Positions 23,491 through 39,260 are shown, counted from the first letter of the whole stretch. The stretch: 62,922 nucleotides of DNA, filler included, from Reticulomyxa filosa (GCA_000512085.1; 15 parts of 15 records of this genome joined end to end with filler, not necessarily neighbours in it); one strand, 5' to 3'. Translations and numbers: made by a program. Notes: generated by a model not told the origin, from the sequence alone.

Positions 23491-25289
23491 TTAAGTTTGT
23501 TTTGCGATTATTCTCACCTCCATTTCTCCTTCGTTAAAGTTCAGAAGCGCAATGTGTTGATCATTTTCGATTATTTTATTGGCATTTTCACCACTTGCAA
23601 TTTCAATCACAAAGTCATTCGACATTTTGATCTTTTGGCGGATGGCCTCCTTGAACGCTGCAAACGAGATAGTTGGATCTTTGAGGATGTACTTGACTCT
23701 CTTTCCATTCTGAGGGAATAGCAATATTTTGAGTTCTATTGGCGCACATTTTCGAAAAATATCATTTTTATCAAAAAAAAAAAAAAAAAATATCACAAAA
23801 GGGGCTTTTTTTAAATAAAAAAAAAAAGAAAGACGAACATATATGTATACGTATATCAAAATATTGGAGGCATGGTATGCTGTTTTTCTCAACGTGAAGT
23901 TTTCTTTACTTTTGCGTATATGACATGCTCATGAGTGTCAAAGTTGGCAATCATGGCATCCTTTTCCAATTTTTTTTCAAGCACAGTTCCGTCTTGTTTT
24001 TTTGAGGACAGTTTCAGTGCTTTTGGGTCGTCAAGATCGAAGGCAATAGCGATTTGTTCCCGTAAACATGACAACTATTTGTGTGTGTGTGTGTGTGTAT
24101 GTGTTTAGTGTGTATGTGGGAGAAAAAAAAGGGCTAGTTGGTATCAATCTGTAACTGTGAGATTGGTTTGGGGCAAAGGGACAGTTTTTTTCACTTTGTT
24201 GAAGTCAACGGAAAAGAGGACTGAGTTGCTGGGAGCGACTGGCTCCACATTTTTGGGAGAAGGAGACGGTCTGAACAAAGACTTTGCAGTTGTAGAGCCG
24301 AGAACAGTGGTCGTGTCTGAAGCATTTGCGACATTGGAGCGAGGAGAAGTCAGTGAAGAAGAAGAAAAAGAAGATGAAGAAGATGGCAACGATGATAGTG
24401 TTTTGGATATAACAACATTTTTTTGGGGAATACGAATCTCTCCAAGAGTTAAATATCTGCCATCAATAGGATACGTGTGGGTGACATCATCTTGATCTCG
24501 CAGCAACCCTTCGACGTGCAGCACACCGGCACGAAGTGACTCCAGAATTGGTACGTTGAGTCGAAAGATGCCTTTGGACTCATTGACGGCAATGTAAGAT
24601 CTTCCCACAGATATAACATCGCATGCGTACTTTGCGGACTGATCTTGTTCCAGCAGCTGCAAGTCCAGTTCATAACTTTCGAGCAGCGATATATCCGGAG
24701 GAGTCAACGTAAATGTCAGCAGCACACTTTTCTTCTCGTTGTCCCATTCCAGTGTTTTCACATCCCAGGAAAAGTCACTCTTACCTTCGGAGCCACTTAC
24801 TTTTTCTTCTGGCTCCAGTCTGGGTTTGACCACCGTCGTCGTTGTTGGAGCCACCGCTGCAAAAGGAACCATACCAGCACCAATGGCAGAAGCAGCAGCA
24901 ATACTGACACGCGGAGGATTTGTCACTGCCAAAGAAGACGGCAACGAAGAAGAAGAAGAAGAAGTAGTAGAAGTAGAAGAAGAAGAAGAAGAAGAAGAAG
25001 AAGAAGGATTGACATTACCTTTTATCCATTGCGAATCACTGTCACGACAGCAAAACTCTCGAATTGGCGTCTTCAGACTCAAGTTGGTTGATTGCACATT
25101 TCCATAGTTGTGTATCTGTTTCTCGGTGACTGCCATCCCTTTGCCTTCGAACTTCAAATGGTACGGCAAATTGAAGATCTTTGGCAGCGCTTGTATCGCC
25201 TCCAACGCCGCGTGTCGACACTCCTTCTCACGCTCCTGGCCTTCCGCTTCACTATTTATAGGTGGGGTTCCACAAACATTTGTTTTCAT
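23491..25289 (-). CDS. hypothetical protein with two C-terminal PB1/ubiquitin-like domains
   Basis: Exons ~25289-24156, ~24075-23909 and ~23760-23491. Two beta-grasp-like units: VLFSVDFNKVKKTV...LREQIAIAF...LEKD and LKILLFPQNGKRVKY...FKEAIRQK...IIEND. Confidence 0.55.
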
Positions 25290-25294
25290 CGAAA

Positions 25295-25331
<37 letters not shown>

Positions 25332-25332
25332 G

Positions 25333-25432
25333 NNNNNNNNNNNNNNNNNNNNNNNNNNNNNNNNNNNNNNNNNNNNTTAATTAATTAANNNNNNNNNNNN
25401 NNNNNNNNNNNNNNNNNNNNNNNNNNNNNNNN
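25333..25432. other. artificial contig linker
   Basis: N44-TTAATTAATTAA-N44. Confidence 0.97.
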
Positions 25433-25529
25433 ATTGATGATCAGATTGATCTTGTTGTTCTTCAAACCATTGTTGAAAATAATGTTTTTGTAAATCAAAT
25501 TTATTCCTTTACCCAAATGATTTAAAATT

Positions 25530-26420
25530 GTGTTATTAAATATGATATTGATAAAAAAAAAAATTCGATCATTCCGTAGATATTCATCTGTACATTGTGT
25601 AAAATTTTCACAATATCATTATTACAATAATAATCATCGTAATGTTATTTGTTCTTCATCAGATGATAAAATTATTCATTGTTGGGATTTCAAACATAAT
25701 CAAAAATTACAAGTATTTAATGGACACACTAATTGGGTTTGTGGTATTAAATTTTCACAATTTAATGGTGGTAGATATGTATGTTCTGGATCTAGTGATA
25801 AAACTATTCGTTTATGGGATGTTAAAACATATAAATCATTACATATTTTCAATGGACATAAAGATTATGTTGAATGTGTGGATATTTCACCATTACAAAG
25901 TAATAATAATAAAATTGGTGTAATTGGTGGTAATGGTTATACTATTTGTTCTGGATCATTTGATCAAACCATTCGAATATGGGATATTGAGACAACTAAA
26001 CAATTAATAATATTTAAAGGACATGCAAATGGTGTGATGTGTATAAAATATGGATAAAATGAATTAATAAATACAATATTATCTGGATCATGGGATAACA
26101 GTGTTCGTTTATGGGATATTCGATCTGGTCAATAAATTCAATTGTTCAATGAACATAAATATTTTGTAACATGTGTTGAATATTCACCATTTATAGTAAA
26201 TAATATCAAATCTGGTAGTTATTCAAAAGTGATATGCTCTGGATCAGAGGATGGTACAATTCGTTTTTGGGATATTCGATCGAATAAGAGTGAATTGTAT
26301 GCGATTGAAGGAAATGATGAAATAACATGTTTTAAATTTGTACCTTTGAAAAAGAAAGAAAAAACAGATTATGTTAATTTATATTATGGATGCAATGATC
26401 TAATTCATGTTTGGGGATGA
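25530..26420 (+). pseudogene. WD40-repeat pseudogene of an expanded family
   Basis: GH...CSGS.DKTIRLWD repeats in an intronless, very AT-rich stretch. In-frame TAA at 26055 and 26133, and a decayed 5' part. Confidence 0.85.
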
Positions 26421-26768
26421 ATAAAAGTGATATAATTTTTTTTTGATTTACAACAAGAACAATTCATTTAACATAAGATATATGCTATTTCATCTACAAA
26501 TTCAAAGTGTTACACATATCTCTTTTTTTTTGGGGGGGGATAAGATTATTAACTGATTTATTTGAAACATGTCTGCAAAGCAGCAAATATTTTATATTCG
26601 AATGAGATTATTTTACTCAAGTTTTTCACTCCTTTTTGTGATTATGATGTTTTTCAAAATATTTGTATGTTAACAATCTGTTGCTTGAAGATTGTTATAG
26701 CAAATTAATACGTCTGCAAACAATGCAACGGAATTAACTTGCGATGAGCACGATGATCAAGAAGATGC

Positions 26769-26868
26769 NNNNNNNNNNNNNNNNNNNNNNNNNNNNNNNN
26801 NNNNNNNNNNNNTTAATTAATTAANNNNNNNNNNNNNNNNNNNNNNNNNNNNNNNNNNNNNNNNNNNN
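26769..26868. other. artificial contig linker
   Basis: N44-TTAATTAATTAA-N44. Confidence 0.97.
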
Positions 26869-26906
26869 TAAATAATCTATTTGTCAATTCAACGTAAATC
26901 AAGCTG

Positions 26907-29900
26907 TCATAAATTTGTAATATGTCCCTTTCTGATCTCCAATTGAAAGCAGTCTTCTAATTTGCCACTTTCAGTCACAAACAACAGCACGTTTTTTGTG
27001 AAATGTTCGATTTGTGTGACTGCTAATTCTAGTTCTATTTGGGACTGCAAGAATCAAACAACAGCAACAAAGTACGATCACGAAACAAAAGCACAGAAAT
27101 ATCAAAACTTTTTGTTGTGGTTTTAATACCAGCACAGAATTTACAACTCTGACAGAATTAATATCATCACTAATGATATCATATTGTTTTTGTTGATTAT
27201 ATTTGTTTTCAAATTCCAATTTTCTGCAGATGACCAATGAAGAGCGTTGCAATTCTTCAGATTCAATGGTAATAAGAAAAGTTTTTGTAATGGGTGGCAT
27301 GTTGACATGCATTACTAAAACCCAACAGTGGAGAATTTTTTTTTTTCAGTGCACATTGCATGAACTCGAACACATTGTGTTCCACAAATAGTTGGAACGT
27401 GTTGTATTTGCAAAACGTTCTTTTTCTGTCCGTCTTCGCCTATGTCATGTTGCAGTTAAACAGTATTCCAACAAGAGATTTTTTTCTAGCTTTGTTATTT
27501 TGAAGTAACAAAAACGAAACTTTTTGCAAGTGACAGCGTGACGTTTGAATCGTCTGAATAAAACGACACATTACTTGTGGATAAATTATCTTCAAGGGGA
27601 AGAGTTGTAGTGATGGTACCACCCAATACACCGTGGCAATCAATACTTTCATGGCAGATCAATATGAGCTAAATGAAAGAAATAACAAAAAATGTCTTCT
27701 TTGGCAAGCTAGTTTCATACAAAGTAAAAAGTTACCTTCCAAATTTCCAACAAATTAGCGCAATACTTATCATTATAAATAACCAAAAGAAAATGTTTGA
27801 TTGATTGGTAGTTAACCATTTCGCATCTGATTGTTATCTTCATCAAATAACACAACAACGACAATGAGTTTTGTTTCAGTGGAAAAAAACAAAGATGAAG
27901 TTTATTCAAATAATTTACTTGTTTTGGACACAATTCCAAGCCAATGGTGTCGTTGGAACATCGGACAGCCGCAATTTTTTTATCATCAGATACACATATA
28001 TGTTCACCGTTTTCGAGAAGCGGTAAAGCCAATGCCAAGTTTTCTCCTTGAATGGCATGAACATAAAATATTCGATCTAAAATATCTTTTTTATCACTTT
28101 GTGGCTGGATTACAATTTCAGTCTTAAGAACACATCTTTCTTCTTTCACATTTTTAGTGACCACTGTATCCATGATCTCAATTGAAATAGCACGAGATGC
28201 CACACAACCATACTCTTCCTCCCATAGAAAGTAGTTTGAATATAACATCTTGTCCGAATTAGGGAATTTGTCCACACTGACACGAAAACTCTGAAATTTA
28301 AACGGGATATACACGGTTTCCTCCGCTTCCACGACAATAGTGGCTACCTTGTCTGTTGAGAAAAAAGTTTTTTAAGATTTGGAGTGCCTGTATTTAATCT
28401 GTATTTGTGGAAAGACGTCTCTGTCACATCCCCGACTATTTGAAGTTCTGTGCGTATAAGTTTTATTTTATTTTATTTTGCCAACGACGTATAAAAAAAA
28501 AGAAATGTAAACAAACTCTATTTTACCTGAAACACTATCTTCAGACGAAAATAATGGATCAAGCACTTTGATCAAGAAGGTCTTTTTACAATTCCAAGGA
28601 TTTGTAAACTCAAGTTCGAAATATATCAACTGACCAAACCTTGGACGTAGGATGTAGGTTTTGGATTTACCGCATTCACCTAATGATTTGGCTTTCATCT
28701 GATTCCGGTGCATTTTCAAATTTTGCAAATTCTCCTTTTTTATATTCAAATAAGAAGCACTCTCACCATCCAAATCGCGATGAAAGACTTGCAGTTTATT
28801 TGTCACATCGTGGATTACTTGCAAAGGCAGTATCCATTTGTCAGACAGCCTTTCGCTGCCTACAGTATATTGATAAGCTGATACTTTCAAATTCTGCAGC
28901 TGAGAGTTCAACATCGGGTCGCATTCGAGATGCCGAATACACTCTAAGTACATTTCCCCCCCCCCCCAAAAAAAATGCAAATGGAGGCCTTGTTGCGTTT
29001 AAAAAAAACAAACCAGAAGTGGAATTGCTTTGAGAGGTTTTAATCACAAGTCCAGTTAGTTCTTTGGCAAATTCATTGCTAATGTAAGATTTGTTCCAAG
29101 TGCTGAACATCTTTTTTTTTTTTTTGAAAAAAAATGTACGTTAAAAGAGTGATTTGTTTGCTCACTTCATTAGAAGAAACGCCCTTTTTTTACATAAAAG
29201 TTTACCAATGTCGTTTGAGAACTTGGCCGCTTTAATTGGTGCATTACTTTCAAGCCCAGTTTCCCACGAAATGTCGTTTCGCCAAAACTTTCAACATATT
29301 GCGTCTGCAATTTGTTTATCGATACTAACGTGTAAATCAGGAAATAGAAGAAGGGAAAATAAACAAATAAAAAAGTATACGTAAACAAACCTCAACAAGT
29401 GCATGCGAATGAAATGGGGTATTGCTATAAAAAATTGGTACATCCACTGACACTTCCACGTTTTCTTCTCCTTGCAACAAGTATTCTCTCATCGACATCC
29501 GGCAACTACCTTTTTTTTATTTTAGTATAATACACCAGATTAAGTCAAAAATAATTCATTGCTTTTTTTTATTATTTGTGGCTCATTTGAAAAAAAATTT
29601 GTAAACATTTGCATTTCGGAAAATAGCTACGTACCAATTTCAAACAAAGTTTTTGCATTTAGCATTCGAATAATAGCGCAGCCCGAAAACACACAATGTA
29701 GGAAAGAGATCTGTACAAAAGGAGAGTCGAGTTTTGGAAATATTTGTTTCTCTCTCCGCCATAAATGAGCCAAAAGGATTCAAAGGAATAAATAAAGCAA
29801 ACAAAAAACCTACCAATTCTTCAGGATTTACTGTAAATTCAAATTGGAAAGGATTTGTGAAATCAAAACAATAAAATTCATTTTGTGGTGAAACGAGTTT

Positions 29901-32892
29901 TTTAATATCATCAGCTGCTTTTTCGGGGAAGTGCAATGGAGGGCTCATTACACTTTGTCCAAAAAAGTGAATCCCGATCCTCACGACGTCCATTGGGTAC
30001 AGATACACCAATTGTGTTGTCACGCTTTTTTTTTTTTTTTGTCGTTTAAAATTTAAAAAAGTCCATATTTATTGAGTTTGTTTTAATTGTTTGGTTAAGT
30101 ATTTACTTCTTGGTGATTGCATTCCGCAACATACCTGAAAGATGAAACAATAATGACAAATTTACGAATGCCGAATTGGGCCACTTCCTTTTTAATATCA
30201 ATGGACTTTCTGCCAATGTGTTCTTGAGTTCGTACGGGCGCCATTACTCCTTGTTCACTCTTTGTAGATAACTCCAGTTTCTGATAAACGTATACGCAAA
30301 CACAAAAGTACTTTTGCTAACCTCTTAAATAGAACCACCTTTTTATTGTTTTGGTTGAGGAGAAATTTAGAAAAAAAAACTAAAGAAAAGAGTATATTAT
30401 ACCTTAATATTCAAGAAGCTGTTATAAAAGATAGGTCTCTATTTGAACAAACGAATAGATTGAAAAAAAAAAGGAAAAAATAAAATTGTTATTTTTAAAA
30501 AAGACAAAAATGAAAGCAAAACGGGTAACCTGGATTTGTTGCTGCTTTGCCAAAGTGGAAAATGTGAACACTTTTTGCAGATTGGGAACCGGAAGCGGCT
30601 GAAGTTTCTGTTTGTTAAGATTGACATCAATTAGAAACTTAAAGGTATGATACAAATATTCTTTTTTTTTTTTTTTTTTTTTTTGTAGGCGTTGATTCAA
30701 TATAACTTCGACAACAGGGTGTGGCTCAAGTTTGGATTCTTCTGTGAGTGGAATGGGGTGCTCCTTTTCGTTGTTTGGCCAAGATTCATGAAACTCGTTC
30801 GAGGTTTCAATTTCTTTGGACTCTGCAGTAGATCGTACATATATGAGAACAAACATGTCCCAGTAAGTGTTGTTGCACCCTATCTATCAATCAAAGTACG
30901 AAAAAGAAGAATACGTACCCTGATGAAAAGAAAGTTGTGTGGATGGCTGTGTCTTACTACTGTTCGTGTTTGCAGGTATGGCGAGTGGTTTGGGAGGCAT
31001 TGTTGTGTCAACATGGTCACACGGAATTGATTGCTTTTTTTTGTTAAAAAAAACAACTTCAAGATTGGATCGTGCAAAAAAAAAAAAAAAAAAAAAGTGT
31101 TGAAACTGGACTCAGACGAAATGCAGCTGCAATTGGTTGGTTTGATTCAGGTAGCTTTATGCAAGGATGGAAAACGATCCAAGGACAGGCATTGGAGAGG
31201 TCCACTTGGGTTATTCGAGACCCGTCCAAACAAAGTGCTTTGTTGTTATTACAGTTGCATACATAGTGGCCCAGATTGACGGTATAACGATAGATTGGGG
31301 ATTGTGGCTTTTCATCGGTGTTTTCTTTCCAATCTAGTGTGTAATCCAAGGCAATTACTAACCAAATACCATCATTTATCTAGTTTTACAAAACACAAAC
31401 ACTTTATCTCAATTCAAAATAAATCTTTTAAAAAAAGCAAATGTTTTTATATGTAGAAAAGTGTAACGTGAGCATTTGTTCGAATATCCAATGTTCCGTT
31501 CCAATTCAATGTGTGGTTGGTGTTGTTGTACTCCGTGTCTTGCTTGACTAGCTCAATTTTTAGTGGTTTGAATAGGTATGCACGTCCGTTATGCAGTGAT
31601 ATAGATAATTCGCGTGACACAATTTTGAATCCGGCTTCGTCTGTGCCTTGCACATTGGATATATCGACAAATAATTAAACAAAAAAAAAATGTGGTGATT
31701 ATGCTCTTTTTATTTGTCGCTTATTTCTTAAACCTCTGTCCCTCCAAAATATTGTCTGCAAAAAAAAAAAAAAAAAGTATACGTACGTATATATATTTAA
31801 AAATATGTTACTCAAATAACATTGAGAGCCAAAGTCCCTGTGTCTAATATTGGTCAGATAGGATGTAAAATCTTTTTCAAAATGATGTGGCATAGATATA
31901 ACAGGCTCTGAGAAAACAAGATGTATAAGCGGTAATTGGAATAATTGGCTCCACTCTGGGCAGTAAGGATTTTCTGGTATACTTTGTTGTTCTCCAAATC
32001 CATATACATGATTTTTAAATCCAAAAATGGAATCCACGGACAACAGATGTGCAATGTTTTTTAATTGCTTTGATTATTTTTTTTTCAAAATAAAATTGTA
32101 TGTCGTGTATATGTATGTGTATATAAAGTTTTGCAAAACGTCTTTTTTTTTTTTAACTAACTTTAAATGTGTACGCACGAAAACATACATCACTTCCGGC
32201 ACTTTGTTGTAGTTTCGTCATATCCTTGTCTTTGTTGGCCAACAAATAAGCGGTGATCCTTGAAACATTTTCATGGTCATTATTTTTGTTTCCACTTGCA
32301 CTGGCCCAATATTAAGACCTTTTTTATTTAATAAAAATGCTTTGTCTATTTTTATTTTTCTCATTTATGTGCACATATGCTAAACTTGTATTAATATCTG
32401 CTAAAGATTTAACATGTTGAAAAATGTCAATGATAGTCCACATTAATCCTATTTGGCTAATCACAATTCCTTGTGATCTTATTTGAGCCGCAACTTCTAA
32501 TATTATCCATTTTCCTTCATATCCAATTGTTTTTAAATAGAGCCAATAGTTCTATTTTTTTGTTTTGTTTGAATTATATTGACAATGTTATTTTATTTAT
32601 TTGTTTCTATGCATGTATGCATATCACATATATGCTTGATACACTCTTCTTAATACCTCAATCGATATCGGTAATTGTTCCAATTTTGCTTGAATTGGAG
32701 CCGATTTCCAAGTTTTTCCAACAAAACAACCTTGAAGACTATCAAACAATGAAACATAAAGAATATTTCAATGTCCATTTCTGAGTTAGGAGCGGATTGC
32801 AAATTCTTTGGAATTAAAAATGCTGGAATATCGACAGGAGCCAGTTTTGTAAGACATAAACCAAACATATTCCATTTTAAGGTGCTTTCCAC
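26907..32892 (-). CDS. NPHP4: nephrocystin-4 (ciliary transition zone protein), multi-exon; N-terminus unresolved
   Basis: NPHP4-like blocks in the correct order: VSLFDSLQGCFVGKTWKS, LSISLHNG, PRFGQLIYFELEFTNPW, ETVYIPFKFQSF, ITKTFLI, LEFENKY and LLFVTESGKLEDCFQLEI...L* (TGA 26907-26909). Confidence 0.8.
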
Positions 32893-34288
32893 TTTCTTGT
32901 GCGAGCGTAAGGGTTGAAACTTGTGAAATATTTTCTAACCATTTGGTTATTTGTTTCTTGTTCAAAAAATAAACTTAAAAAAGGCCGTTGGTTATTGTTT
33001 TGTACCTTGAAATGGTGAAGGTTTTTGTTGTTCATTAAATTGCGCTGGTTTTTTTAACAAATTTGCTTCAATAACGCAAAAATTGGTCAAACCGATTGAC
33101 AAATTTATGTTGACGTCAATGAAAGCATTCTCTTTTGTTAGAACAATCGGAGTCATGTTATTATTTGTTAAATGCTGATTAAAAAATTTTCAACTGTAAT
33201 TTCCTCCAATTGAACACCAATGTGTTGCCGTTATTAAAGTTTCAAAATCATTTTAAAAGTTTATATAATGAACATTTGTTTATATAAGTTATGCAGGCAT
33301 ATTCCTTAAAGCATTGAAGTAGGAAAATATCTTTTTTGTTATTGCTGATAAATTCAGATTGTTAAGAAACTGCACGCTTGAACAGAGTTTGATTGGATTA
33401 CTCACAAAATTTGGATAAAAATGAAATAATTTCAAAGTATCTTTAAAAAATAAATTCCTGTTTGTGCTTCACAAGCTGGTTGAAGATGTTGATAATTGAT
33501 CAATGCAAATAATTGTTCATCTTGTCAAAAAAATCAATGTTTTGTCAGAATGATATGAATATTAAATGACTTATACTTATTTTCATGAAATAATGTACTA
33601 ACATATATTGGCAGAGTCATATATTGATGTAAATTTGTTATAATTTTTTAGTGTTATCATTATGTCATGAAAAAATAAATTTTATTTTAAGATAACATTG
33701 ACTTAAAAAAAAGTGTTGTTCATGTTAAATAAAATAAATTGTATATAATTAATATTTTTGTTTATACTGATCATTATGATTAATATAAAATATATATTTA
33801 TATATCAATGAAATGTCCTTGACTTTATCAACAATTTATTTTATTTTTATTAAATAATAAAAACTTTGAAATTTAATTATATACAATAACATCATCACAT
33901 TAATCACACTTTTTATATCATTCTCATTTTAAAAATTTATATTCCAAATTTTTTTTCAAATTTGTACAAAAAAACAAAATATCTCAGTCAATATATTTTT
34001 AATCTTAATAATTATCTTGCTACATCCAAAAATATAGTTTTCAATATGTTTAATTTATTAAATATAATTTACAATAATTGTTTTGAAATTTCTGTTTTAT
34101 TAAATTTTTAGCGAAAAAAATAAACCCTTAGAGAAGGTATTAAAAATTTCATCGCATTTACAAGAGTGGATAGAGTTGATAGCATAATTTGCACGATAAA
34201 ATTGACATGTCGAAGTACCTTTTTTTGAAGTGGATTCAAATGTTGAACTGAGGCGACTGAAGCATTCGCATAATTCGGGCAAGTAGCA

Positions 34289-36053
<1,765 letters not shown>

Positions 36054-36435
36054 ACACACGCGCATTATATCACTACAATTTTTTTTCTTTACGACTGTTC
36101 TCGTTTCGCTTTAACAATTAGCATTTATCAATTTAGTAAAAAATGTTCCTTTCAACAAAATCATATAAGATCAATACTTTCAATCTCTGACAAACAACAA
36201 AGTGATAACACTATTCCCTTTGAACTGCCAACTTATGACTTTATGCAGAAGTATTTATCTTCATCGAACTTTTCAAACACTTACTATTTTAAGTTTTTAA
36301 AGCTTCATTTCATTTGACAGTAATAAATAAAGTAAAACAAATAAATCAAAGATTCTTCAGGAATACACAACAGACCGTTAATTCAACAAGCTGTTTTTCT
36401 AAGTTTTAAAAAGAAAAAGCACTTGTTAAAACTAA

Positions 36436-37652
36436 ATGGATTCAGTTATGTTTATCCTTTTTCATTTTATCAACATGATTTCGGGATCATTTCTGGCGCG
36501 ATGTATCTTGTTGAAGTGTATACTTTGTTTATTTGTGGAAATAGTAGTTGAAGGAGGTTGGACAAAAGCAGAAGAGAAACAATGGATAGAATATCGAGTG
36601 GACCCTCGCTACGACGTCCCTTGGCTCGATTTGCAACAAGGCCAAGACATTCCCCAGTTAGGAATGGGCACATATGCATCCAATGGATCACAGCTCGTGG
36701 AAAGTGTAGAATTTGCCATCCATTTGGGTTATCGTATGTTCGAAACCTCGAGTAATTACGAAAATGGAGCAGATCTAGTTAAAGGCATTTCGCAAACTGG
36801 GATACATTTCCGACACGCGTTTATAACGAGCTCAATTCATCCAAATCAAATGGACTACGAAACAACAGCAGAAAACTTACAAAATATGCTCCGTCAATTG
36901 GGAAGAAAATATATCAACTTATGTTTACTGGACGGATTTGGTAGTATTGGCGACGAAGGAAAGAGCAATAGCGATATGGATGTGTATCAAAGTGCAAGTC
37001 GTCGTCAGCAAATGTGGAAAGCATTGGAAGACTCCAAAGATTTGGGAGTGTGTCTGTCGATTGGAGTCATTAATTACGAACTCGCACATTTAAAAGAGTT
37101 AATGGCTTATGCTCGACATATACCGGCTGCCAATGAAATCGAATTCCATCCTTATTTTATTCGCAACGATCTACTCGCCTTCTGTCGTACACATCATATT
37201 GTCGTTATTGCCTATGGGTCTATTTCTCCGAAAGGTCTTCTTTTTGAGCTTTACATGAATAATTATATACTTATATATGTGTACATATATGTATATATAA
37301 TGTGTCTAAATAAAGTGCTTATCTTTATTACAATGCATGTTTTATATATTAAACAAAAGGTGATACAAGTCTATTGTCAGAGCCACTAATTATTGAATTG
37401 TCCAAACAATACCAACGCACTCCAGCGCAAATTCTGCTGCGCTGGGCTGTTCAGCAGGGGATCGTTGTCATTCCCAAATCGAATGACAGGCAACACATTG
37501 CTGACAATGCTCACATCTTTGATTTTACAATGCATTACAATGACATCTCTAAAATTTCTCAATTAAACCAAAACAAGCGCTTCTTTTTTGACTATTCTAA
37601 ATTTCCTGCCCTCGATCCAAACTCTATTTCGACAAATAGAGAAGATTTGTAA
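36436..37652 (+). CDS. aldo-keto reductase-fold protein with signal peptide and C-terminal REDL; catalytic tetrad degenerate
   Basis: IPQLGMGT, SIGVINY, NEIEFHPY, AQILLRW and IPKS. Intron 37234-37359. Hydrophobic N-terminus (start may be the ATG at 36475); ends STNREDL*. Confidence 0.85.
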
Positions 37653-38297
37653 AATTTTTACCCTTCAACCTCGAGTGCTAGGGAGATTACCAAAAACGCT
37701 TGCAATTTTTCCTTTGCATGCATATTTTGTGTCAATTCGGATTGTTTGCAAAATTCCATCAAAGAACGGTAAAAAAATTTCATTTAATATAACAATAACA
37801 AAATTGTACTAAACATGACTTATTGTGCTATATCGGTGATTCTCGCATTTGCCAATTATTAAGTGAAATTATTTAAAGTGAAAATAGATAAAATATTTAA
37901 ATATGAAAAAAAGGTTATCTATTTTTTATTTTCACTTAGGGTATCTTCGGCGTTAATACTGTTTAATTCACTTTAGATTGAATTGAGCTGTGCTCAGATG
38001 TCACATTTGTGTACGCAAATAAAATATTATTTTCTAATATAAAGCTACAATTCTAACTTGCAAAGGATTTGATTTTTATAAACTGTTCTTTTTGTGGTAA
38101 AGCTTCAAGCCAAAAAATTCTTTTGCAAAATAGAATACTTTTATTCGTTAGCAAGGTAATTTTGTATAATGTTAGATGCAAACAAATATTGGTCTGATAT
38201 TACACAATATGAAGACAAGATTTAGTAGCCAACACACTGAACACGCAATCTTCAGGAAAAAGGTAGATTGAACAGAACACATCAACTAATAATATTT

Positions 38298-38934
38298 TCA
38301 CGTCAAAACAGCATGAATACGTTTGGTTATATTTTGTCTGCAGACTGGACACTCAGTTTTCCCTTCTTGGCGAAGCTCATTGTCACATTGAGAGCATGAG
38401 GCCAAATGAGAGCACGGCAAATAAACCATCTCTTTTTTATTTTGTAAACAAATGACACACTGCCAATAATTTTCCATGTTTTCAATTTCATCTGCTCGCT
38501 TCAGTGCTTTTTGTTTGGCTTGAAACAATGTGTACGTCCAAAACATCGCACCTTGGTTTATTTAAATTAAGGTTGCAATGTGACAAAAATATTTCTCTAA
38601 AAGCAGAAAAAAGTAAAGTTTACAAACAAACCTGCAACAAGACATGTAGCAATACCTAATGCGACTCTTTGTCTCGTCAGTTTGACTGTGATTTCAAGTA
38701 TTTCATCGTTTTTTGCCTCCAATTGAGTTGTTTTCACTTGAATTTCATTTTGAAGTTCTGCTGCGACACTAACTACCTGATCTTTGTTTCTTGTCCCGAT
38801 TTGATAGCCCCTATTGGAATTTTCTGTTGTTTTCTGTGTCAAACGCCGTCAATAAATAAAAGGATTCGAAACAAAGTAATCAAAAATCCTGACCAATAAA
38901 TTAAAAATGGAGCGGCCAGAATCAATTCCGCCAT
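38298..38934 (-). CDS. transmembrane protein with C-terminal C3HC4 RING (IAP/MUL1-type); start uncertain
   Basis: Coiled coil, a TM helix (VALGIATCLVAG|AMFW), then CVIC...YLPCSHLASCSQC...CPVCR. Confidence 0.75.
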
Positions 38935-39260
38935 TATTTAAAAGTGTGTATGACAAAGCTTTCGAACGTCTTACTCCTTTCCCTCAGAAACACCAAATTT
39001 CTACGCTTTTAAGGGCACTGAATGTCAACGCAAAAAGCGAATAGTTAGAATGTTACTCAGTAGTTTTTAATTGTGCATTATTTTTGCAAGTATCAGCTTA
39101 TAAACAGGCAATCCTGTCTGTGCTATTTGATTTAGTTTTTACGTGATTCGGTATGTTGTTTATAACTTGTTTTTATTAAATATGGTAACGAAATTTTATC
39201 ATTGGCAATAATTTTTGGGAAGAGTTTTTCTTTAGACTAATTAGCAGCAAAAAAGACAAA

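Noticed and set aside
26055-26135. TAA reassigned to Gln in the WD40 gene
   Set aside because: The two TAAs sit at positions expected to be different residues (Ser-like and Gln-like), and TAA ends intact genes such as SRP54 and G-alpha.
33200-34280. Very AT-rich spacer between divergent NPHP4 and SRP54 as a special element
   Set aside because: No repeat or motif structure was seen beyond composition; it is consistent with an ordinary divergent promoter region.
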